From a virus: a DNA stretch of 64,000 nt. Position 1 is the first letter of the stretch. The number at the start of each line of letters is the position of its first letter. Positions 57,564 through 64,000 of the stretch are shown here, one piece after another. The position numbers were made by a program, and so were the translations under genes. Location of the stretch: the IMG/VR virus record IMGVR_UViG_3300025450_000015, positions 1 to 64,000 of that record; one strand, 5' to 3'. A model generated the notes under the pieces. That model was not told where the DNA came from, did no database searches, and was given only the letters and a program-made list of their open reading frames with translations.

Positions 57564-58010
57564 GCCCGCACAGGCGATAGTATTGTGCCCTGAATCCGCT
57601 CTGATGTGTGGCGGCAAGGAATCTCTGCTTGGCGCAGAGTAGCTGGATCACTATCCTTTACAGGACGCGGATGGGATATGCCTATGAATAAACCCGTTTG
57701 ATCAGCAAGAAAATATATTTTACAGGCTAAAAGAGAGGAGAGAAACCTCGGGTTTAATAAACGTTTTACGTTGTTTATTAGACTGCCGTCATATAAAGAC
57801 TTGGCTCGTGGTACCGGATGACCGCCACTGTAATGCCAAAACGTAAGAGTGAGCATGTTCGACTCGGATAATGTTTGTCATTTTGCCCGCCAGGGCAAAG
57901 TGTGACTGAACGATCTGGATAATATCTTAAACGCTTCGCGTTATAAGTGTTGTTAACTAATCCTTAATAGTTCGAGCGAAAGCGAAGAATAGAAGAACGC
58001 AAGTTCTTCT
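57564..58010 (+). ncRNA. candidate large structured non-coding RNA (unassigned class)
   Basis: only long non-coding gap in the window; more than 12 helices found by eye, many with G-U pairs that work only on the + strand; 9-bp loop-to-downstream pairing; terminal GCAA hairpin. Confidence 0.65.
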
Positions 58011-58020
58011 TAAATGACTT

Positions 58021-58028
58021 GATAAATA
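58021..58028 (+). promoter_or_regulatory. late-promoter-like GATAAATA
   Basis: upstream of AGGAA RBS and ATG 58047. Confidence 0.55.
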
Positions 58029-58046
58029 TCTTACAGGAATTGAATA

Positions 58047-58931
58047 ATGAAAGTTTATGAAATAATCTCAGAAGGAACTGGCAGTAGTATATTGGCAGCT
58101 ATTGATAAATTTGCCAGTACTACACCTATTTCCGGCAAAGCTGTTACACTTAAAACAGAAAAAGTTCTTGGTGGTTATTTAAAAATCATCAAGTATTTGA
58201 ATCTTGCCACTTTTATCTATCAGTTCATGCAACACAGAATGGTCATTGAAAAGATGATTCAAGCTGGAGAGCTAGAAAAAGAAGACTATCCTGTGGCCAT
58301 GCGTCTTGAAGCTGAAAAGATGGTGGTGTCTATGATAGCAAGCGGTGCTATACTGCGTGTTATTCAATTTTTCTTTAGAATATTTTTAGTTGGTAGAATT
58401 GCAACTGGCGTAGTTGGAACTGCCGCTGGTATTTTTACCGGGGGCATACTTGCTCCAGAAAGTATTGCTTTATTGTTGGCTCAAGAAGCCGCGGCATTGT
58501 ATTTGCAAAAATGGCTAGCTACCAAAGAAGGTCAACAATGCGTGGCCTATGTTGTACTACACTTGGTCGATCCAGGTGTAAAAGTATTATGGGATTTAGG
58601 ACCAGGCACATTTGCTGGCAAACTAAAAGACTTAAGTAGCAAAGGCCAAGCTGGATACGATAAGAAATTAGGACCTGGCGATATCGGCGATAAAATTTCA
58701 AACAAACTTAACGGTTTGGCAGGCACTGCTGGCACAGCATTGGGTGTAGATGCCACAAGTTCTAACAGTAAAGATACTACAGCTGGCAGTTCAACTCCTA
58801 ATGCATCAATCAACGCTACTTCAGCTTCGGGCAATGGTCTTGACACGGATAAACTATTACATGATCCTGCCAACTATACATCAGACAATGCGTTTGCTAA
58901 AAAATACGGAAATCCTTGGCAAAAGAATTAA
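58047..58931 (+). CDS. hypothetical virion/internal protein with hydrophobic helices
   Basis: N-terminal MKVYEIISE; hydrophobic stretch ILRVIQFFFRIFLVG..ALLLA; late-type promoter. Confidence 0.6.
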   Translation: MKVYEIISEGTGSSILAAIDKFASTTPISGKAVTLKTEKVLGGYLKIIKYLNLATFIYQFMQHRMVIEKMIQAGELEKEDYPVAMRLEAEKMVVSMIASGAILRVIQFFFRIFLVGRIATGVVGTAAGIFTGGILAPESIALLLAQEAAALYLQKWLATKEGQQCVAYVVLHLVDPGVKVLWDLGPGTFAGKLKDLSSKGQAGYDKKLGPGDIGDKISNKLNGLAGTAGTALGVDATSSNSKDTTAGSSTPNASINATSASGNGLDTDKLLHDPANYTSDNAFAKKYGNPWQKN

Positions 58932-59143
58932 ATCAGTGGCAGGCCTGAATTCTTAGTAGCTTCTGTATTACCCTTAATTATTTCTGAAATCAACTTGATA
59001 TCTTCATGACTGTACGTGTGAAATAAATCGTTTATATTCACTCCACCACGCATGAACCAACTTATTCTAAATAATTCTTCTTTAAAATCTAAAACTTCTT
59101 TTTCTAGCCTAACAAGATAATCTTTAATATCTTCGTTAGTCAT
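58928..59143 (-). CDS. baseplate hub assembly protein gp51-like
   Basis: short ORF immediately after the gp26-like gene (T4 synteny); ELFRISWFMRGG. Confidence 0.55.
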   Translation of the reverse strand: MTNEDIKDYLVRLEKEVLDFKEELFRISWFMRGGVNINDLFHTYSHEDIKLISEIIKGNTEATKNSGLPLI

Positions 59144-59148
59144 CTTTG

Positions 59149-59973
59149 TTAGGCGCCAACGAAAAAATTTGTCTGATTTAACTCCAATAAAATTTTGTCA
59201 GCTGTATCGCAAGAAGAGCAAACTATATCAATATCTGGATACTTCATATTTTTAATATTATTTTCAAACTGTGTTTTAAGTGATTGAAAAACAGCTCGGT
59301 CACATTTCTCTACAAATTCTTTAATGAATTCTCTTTCAACTACCACAGTGTCAGGTAATTCAATGCTTTCAATGCTTTCAAACATCATGTTTGTTTGTAT
59401 TACTCCAAGCGATTCATATATTTCACGCAAGAATCCTTCTTGATCAGCTTCTGGAACATTGTTTATTTGAAATAATCTTCTTTGAAGGTTAAAAGTTTCT
59501 ATGTTGAATTTGTTTGATTCTTTGTATGATAACGGTCTTACATTTATAACAATTTCATCTTCTTTGATTTTGTTAGAGAATGACGCATGTTTATAATGTT
59601 CTAAAATAATTCCTAAATCTGCATCATAATCATTTTCTGATTGACATTTTTTACATGTATGGGTCAGTGATATACTATTGCCATAGGTTGCTACTCTAAT
59701 AGCCACCACTAGCATTTCTATATCCATACTGGGTAATTCATAAGGATCTGTAATATCTGGACAACAACTTTTAACAGTTCGTGTAATTGCTTCGCCTGAC
59801 AGTAAAGCATCAGGTGTCTTTAAAATGATTTCATCCATGCCGGTTAATCCATATACAGCTAGATTACTGTGTTTGTTTAAAGAACCGGGCTTATTATAGA
59901 TCCCTTTAGAAGGTAAATCTACAAATATTTTTGGTTGTCTAAAGTATTGCTGTAAAGGGTTGTTTTCTGCCAT
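59149..59973 (-). CDS. baseplate hub subunit gp26-like
   Basis: LPSKG, TGMDEIIL, DIEMLVVAIRVATYG, CKKC and CSSC pairs, NFF end. Confidence 0.8.
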   Translation of the reverse strand: MAENNPLQQYFRQPKIFVDLPSKGIYNKPGSLNKHSNLAVYGLTGMDEIILKTPDALLSGEAITRTVKSCCPDITDPYELPSMDIEMLVVAIRVATYGNSISLTHTCKKCQSENDYDADLGIILEHYKHASFSNKIKEDEIVINVRPLSYKESNKFNIETFNLQRRLFQINNVPEADQEGFLREIYESLGVIQTNMMFESIESIELPDTVVVEREFIKEFVEKCDRAVFQSLKTQFENNIKNMKYPDIDIVCSSCDTADKILLELNQTNFFVGA

Positions 59974-59984
59974 TTTAGGCTCCT

Positions 59985-60010
59985 GATAAATATAGTGTAC
60001 AGTATTTATA
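59985..60010. promoter_or_regulatory. pair of face-to-face late promoters
   Basis: + GATAAATA 59985-59992 (towards tape measure) and - TATAAATA 60003-60010 (towards gp26-like). Confidence 0.6.
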
Positions 60011-60035
60011 TACGCATATTTTCAGGATTTTTTTT

Positions 60036-61961
60036 ATGTCAGATAAAGACGAAATCATTGCCGCAATCAAAGACGGATTCAAAAGTGCCGGAAGCTCTTT
60101 TGGCTCTGGAGCTGGAAGTGGAAGTGGAAATATTACAAATTTAATTGGTAATATGGGACTACTAAGTGGAACGTTTGGTACTGTAGTAACCTCGGCAAAA
60201 TTAGTAGCAAGTGCGTTTCAATCTATTGCAAAAGCATCAGAACAGTTAATAACAAATTTTCAACAAGCGTCCGATACCGGCGTAACATTTACAAAAAATC
60301 TTGTAGGTTTCAACATTGCAGTTTTGCAAACTATGTTGTCTACAGAAGACTTTGTTAAAGTAATCAATAAAAATAAAATTGGCTTTACTGGACTCGGTGG
60401 CGGCATGGAGGAAAGTACAAAAGCATTTGCTCAATTGAGTAAAGATCTTTCTAAGAGCGATTTTGCAACACAGTTGAGAGATCTAGGATATGACACAGAA
60501 GGTTACAATGAGTTGCTAGCCATATCGGCTACACAATTTGGAGCATTAAATTCTAAAATGGGTAGACTAGGTCCTGATGGCATCGATCGGACTCTTCAAG
60601 CAACACGTGATTTAGGGCAACAATTATCTTTAGTTGCTGAACTGACCGGCGAAAGTAGAAAAGCCCAGATGGAAGAAATACAAAAATCCAGAGAGAATGA
60701 GGCCTTACAAGTAGCATACGATCAATTAGGTGAAGGAGCGAGAGCCGCTTTTGAATCTATGGAAAGTGAACTAAAAGCATTTGGTGTTGGAGACCTTAGC
60801 AAAGCGATTGTAGCACAAAACGGTAATTTAACACAAAAACAATCAGAACAATTAGCTGTGTTAGGTGCACCTGGTATTCAATTTAGAGATGCATTATTAA
60901 ATTATACTAAGACCATGGCGTCAGATGCAGAACCTGCGGTCAAAGAAAAAGCAAAAGCCGATTTAAGAGCGGCTGAACAAGGCATTAACGAATTAACAAA
61001 AACTAAAGAATTTCAAGACAGAGTAAGATATCAACAGTTTTACACAGATGCAGGCAGCCAAGTGGGAGAATTTTCTTCAAAAGTATCTGCCGCTAATCGA
61101 AACATTAACGAAGCTATTCGTGCCGAACGATCAAAAGAAGGCGGAGACAAAAATGCAAGTGTAACTTCTATAATACAGGCATATACGAAAAAAGTAGAAA
61201 AAGACGAAGAACAAAGAAAAAATGAAACAGAAGAGCAGAAAAAAGAAAGAAAAGCTCAGGAAGAATTATCAAAAGACATGCTTCGTGGACAACAGATATT
61301 AAATCAACAGAATACAATACTACTAGGTGAGTTATTAAAAGTAGGAGCAAATAAATTAGGTTCTGAAGCTTTGAAATATGATATATCGAGTAAATTAAAT
61401 CAACAAAAACCGGACGGTAGTCCTAATACATTTAACCCTGACAACATACAGCGTAAGACCGAGGAGATTTTTAATGCAATAACAGATGCTGTAGGTAAAA
61501 CTATGCCTGCTGGATTTGTTAAAGGCTTAGAAAATGCTACAGACATTATTGCAAAATATGGTAAATCAGCATTCGATTGGGCTTCAGATAAATTAACTGG
61601 AAATGTAAAACCCCATGCAACTGGAACTATGGGAGTGTGGGGAGAACTATTTCACGACTTTAATACTAACGGTGAACTGCATCAGTTAGACGGTCGAGAA
61701 GCAGTGGTCACCGAAGCCCAATTTTCTAATATTATCAATAGTGTTGCCGGAACTGCAATGAATATTTCAAGCGATATTCAAAAAACTAATAGTAATACTG
61801 CCGGAGCTCAAGTTAATCAACTCAATGATGCTCATTTAACTGATATCAAACAACTGCTAGGACAGTTAAATACATTTATGTCACATTTGCCTGAAATTGC
61901 CAGCAATACTGATAAACAAATACGTGCCTTAAAAGATCTGCATCCAGATCTTCACGCCTAA
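60036..61961 (+). CDS. tape-measure-like protein (gp29 analogue)
   Basis: long alpha-helical Ala/Gln/Lys-rich ORF; C-terminal HATGT..LHQLDGREAVVT; next to gp26-like. Confidence 0.6.
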   Translation: MSDKDEIIAAIKDGFKSAGSSFGSGAGSGSGNITNLIGNMGLLSGTFGTVVTSAKLVASAFQSIAKASEQLITNFQQASDTGVTFTKNLVGFNIAVLQTMLSTEDFVKVINKNKIGFTGLGGGMEESTKAFAQLSKDLSKSDFATQLRDLGYDTEGYNELLAISATQFGALNSKMGRLGPDGIDRTLQATRDLGQQLSLVAELTGESRKAQMEEIQKSRENEALQVAYDQLGEGARAAFESMESELKAFGVGDLSKAIVAQNGNLTQKQSEQLAVLGAPGIQFRDALLNYTKTMASDAEPAVKEKAKADLRAAEQGINELTKTKEFQDRVRYQQFYTDAGSQVGEFSSKVSAANRNINEAIRAERSKEGGDKNASVTSIIQAYTKKVEKDEEQRKNETEEQKKERKAQEELSKDMLRGQQILNQQNTILLGELLKVGANKLGSEALKYDISSKLNQQKPDGSPNTFNPDNIQRKTEEIFNAITDAVGKTMPAGFVKGLENATDIIAKYGKSAFDWASDKLTGNVKPHATGTMGVWGELFHDFNTNGELHQLDGREAVVTEAQFSNIINSVAGTAMNISSDIQKTNSNTAGAQVNQLNDAHLTDIKQLLGQLNTFMSHLPEIASNTDKQIRALKDLHPDLHA

Positions 61962-61971
61962 AGGATAATCG

Positions 61972-63729
61972 ATGAGTTGGAAAAAATATTTTACACCCGT
62001 CCCTGTTAACGGTCAGTTACTAAGCCCTATCAGCGGGCAATCTAGCGGAAACCGTCCAGGACCAGCACGTACAAATTATTCCAGCTATTTGCCAGATGTG
62101 TACACTGGTAGTCCAAACCGTATTGAACGTTATGCTCAATACGAAGTCATGGATAGCGATCCAGAAGTTAATGCGGCACTAGATATTCTTGCAGAATTCT
62201 GCACACAAAAATTAAAAGATTCTAAGAGTCCATTTGCTATTAAATGGCGCAACAAAGCAACTAACGCTGAAATTAAAATCTTAGGTGAATATCTACAGCA
62301 ATGGAACAAGCTACAACAGTTTGATACTCGCATGTTCCGTATTGTGCGTAACACATTCAAATACGGAGATGCATTCTTTGTACGTGATCCAGAAAATCAA
62401 AAATGGAATTGGGTCGATTCTGCACAAATTATTAAAGTTATTGTAAATGAAAGCGAAGGTAAGAAACCAGAGCAGTTCATTATTAAAGATCTTGCTCCTA
62501 ATTTTGAAAATTTAGTAGCAACACAGATCACTCCACAAGTTGGACCACGCCAAGGCGGACAAGGATCACAACCTAGCGGTGGAAATTTTGGTGGAAGCAC
62601 AAGTGGCGGTCCAGGTGGTGGCAAAGGTCCTACTCCAGGCAACACTAGTCGCTTTGGTTTAAATCAAAAAGAATCTGCTGTCAATGCAGAACATGTCATA
62701 CATTTAAGTTTGTCAGAAGGGTTAGACAACAACTATCCATTTGGCAACAGTTTATTAGAGAATATCTTTAAAGTTTACAAACAAAAAGAATTATTAGAAG
62801 ATGCTATTCTAATCTATCGTATACAACGTGCTCCAGAACGCAGAGTATTCCACATTGATGTAGGTAATATGCCTCCGCATTTGGCCATGGCATTTGTAGA
62901 ACGTGTAAAGAACGAAATCCACCAACGTCGTATTCCTTCACAAACAGGTGGAGGACAGAACGTCATAGACTCTGCATACAACCCTCTAAGCATTAACGAA
63001 GATTATTTCTTCCCTAAAACTCCAGACGGCAAAGGTTCCGACGTAACAATGCTAGAAGGCGGTAAGAATATTGGCGAGATTGATGACTTGAAGTATTTTA
63101 CTAACAAGTTATTCCGTGGATTGCGTATTCCTAGTAGCTATTTGCCTACAGGACAAGATGACAGTCAAAGCAATTTCAATGACGGTCGTGTCGGAACAGC
63201 ATACATTCAAGAACTACGTTTCAACAAATATTGCGAACGTTTGCAAAGTTTGTTAGTTCATATCTTTGATGAAGAGTTTAAACGCTTCATGTATTACAAA
63301 GGCATGAACATTGATCCTAATTTGTTTGAATTAAACTTTAATCCACCGATGAACTTTGCAAGTAGCCGTCAAGCTACTATCGATGCAGAGCGTATTAACA
63401 CCTTTAGTACCATCAGTGCATTGCCTTTCGTGTCAAAACGCTTTGCATTTAAACGTTTCCTAGCCCTAACAGACGAAGAAATTGCAGAAAATGAACGCAT
63501 GTGGGCAGAAGAAAACGGTCACGGTGAGCCAACTACTACAGATAGTCAAGGTGAATTGCGTGGTGCAGGGCTTAGTGCCGCTGGTATTGCAGGCGATTTA
63601 GCTGGTGCAAGCGATATGGAAGCACCTGAAGATATGCAAGGTCCTGAATCTGGTGAAGGTGCAGGCGGTGCAGTACCTCCTAGTACCGGCGGAGCAGGTG
63701 TAGCAGGTGGTGCTCAAGGACCGGTTTAA
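61972..63729 (+). CDS. gp20: portal protein, T4 gp20-like
   Basis: DPEVNAALD, LLEDAILIYRIQRAPERRVFHIDVGNMP, EDYFFP, DDLKYFTNKLFRGLRIPSSYL, ELRFNKYCERLQ. Confidence 0.95.
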   Translation: MSWKKYFTPVPVNGQLLSPISGQSSGNRPGPARTNYSSYLPDVYTGSPNRIERYAQYEVMDSDPEVNAALDILAEFCTQKLKDSKSPFAIKWRNKATNAEIKILGEYLQQWNKLQQFDTRMFRIVRNTFKYGDAFFVRDPENQKWNWVDSAQIIKVIVNESEGKKPEQFIIKDLAPNFENLVATQITPQVGPRQGGQGSQPSGGNFGGSTSGGPGGGKGPTPGNTSRFGLNQKESAVNAEHVIHLSLSEGLDNNYPFGNSLLENIFKVYKQKELLEDAILIYRIQRAPERRVFHIDVGNMPPHLAMAFVERVKNEIHQRRIPSQTGGGQNVIDSAYNPLSINEDYFFPKTPDGKGSDVTMLEGGKNIGEIDDLKYFTNKLFRGLRIPSSYLPTGQDDSQSNFNDGRVGTAYIQELRFNKYCERLQSLLVHIFDEEFKRFMYYKGMNIDPNLFELNFNPPMNFASSRQATIDAERINTFSTISALPFVSKRFAFKRFLALTDEEIAENERMWAEENGHGEPTTTDSQGELRGAGLSAAGIAGDLAGASDMEAPEDMQGPESGEGAGGAVPPSTGGAGVAGGAQGPV

Positions 63730-63737
63730 TATAAATA
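63730..63737 (+). promoter_or_regulatory. T4-type late promoter TATAAATA
   Basis: exact consensus between the portal stop and the next ATG. Confidence 0.6.
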
Positions 63738-63741
63738 TAGT

Positions 63742-63990
63742 ATGATCCTACGTGAATTGTTTTATATTGATCCAAGCACTCGTAATGTAGCTAACGACTT
63801 ACGCTACGAGCCCCATCGTGACGATACTCAATTACATAGAGACGATACACGTAAGACACGTTTAACTCTTAGACAAATCAACGAATTACGCAAAAGCACA
63901 GAAGCACACATTCTAGAACAAGAAAAAGAACTAGAATTTATACATGCCATGTATGCAATGCCCGCTCCTGAAGCTGGTGCACCTCAATAA
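63742..63990 (+). CDS. small head-module protein downstream of portal
   Basis: RKTRLTLRQINELRK; position equivalent to T4 prohead core genes. Confidence 0.65.
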   Translation: MILRELFYIDPSTRNVANDLRYEPHRDDTQLHRDDTRKTRLTLRQINELRKSTEAHILEQEKELEFIHAMYAMPAPEAGAPQ

Positions 63991-64000
63991 TAATAAAACT

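Noticed and set aside
57470-57856. 128-aa minus-strand ORF across the non-coding element
   Set aside because: Non-ATG start, no RBS, atypical composition, overlaps the GIY-YIG gene antisense; likely a by-product of locally higher GC.
57554-58010. RNase P RNA, tmRNA, tRNA or group I/II intron as the identity of the structured element
   Set aside because: No GAGGAAAGUCC or ACAGAA..CGGCUUA (RNase P). GTTCGAC at 57857 lacks a T-stem and acceptor stem. No P7 GACU/AGUC pair or interrupted host gene (group I). The bulged hairpin at 57873-57911 lacks the AGC/CGC triad of group II domain V. Judged by eye only; an Rfam search is still needed.
672-62645. Numerous short antisense or alternative-frame ORFs in the track (e.g. 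22648..23067, 26318..26653, 46659..47081, 53278..53706)
   Set aside because: They lie wholly within well-supported genes and reflect codon bias on the opposite strand; no RBS or motifs.
1-64000. Stop-codon reassignment (seen in some large phages)
   Set aside because: Very long ORFs (up to 5109 aa) are intact under the standard code and coding density is near complete.

Overview
A 64-kb segment of a large, AT-rich T4-superfamily (myovirus, jumbo-type) phage genome with standard genetic code and near-complete coding density. 1-10.4 kb (+) holds early/metabolic genes: QueE-like radical SAM, RNase H/5'-3' exonuclease, a MoxR AAA plus vWA-metallopeptidase pair behind perfect sigma70 promoters, and ThyX. 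10.3-53.1 kb (-) is a virion tail/baseplate block: gp48/54-, gp53-, hub-, gp5-, gp25- and gp6-like genes, a 5109-aa giant baseplate protein, a ~22-repeat fibre, an intact S53 (kumamolisin-type) protease and paralogous fibre proteins, ending in a four-glycosyltransferase cluster. 53.2-57.6 kb (+) carries gp55 late sigma, gp47/gp46 and a small GIY-YIG nuclease. Then come gp51/gp26-like genes (-), a tape-measure-like gene and the gp20 portal (+). The most unusual signals are non-coding. One is a ~450-nt highly base-paired, apparently pseudoknotted element directly after the GIY-YIG gene (57554-58010) that I cannot assign to a known RNA class. The other is a dense array of GNA-triloop DNA hairpins (three GCGAAGC) written into the gp46 reading frame (55824-56100), with an opposite-strand GCGAAGC hairpin at 57930. 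All product calls come from motif recognition by eye; no database searches or folding programs were run.
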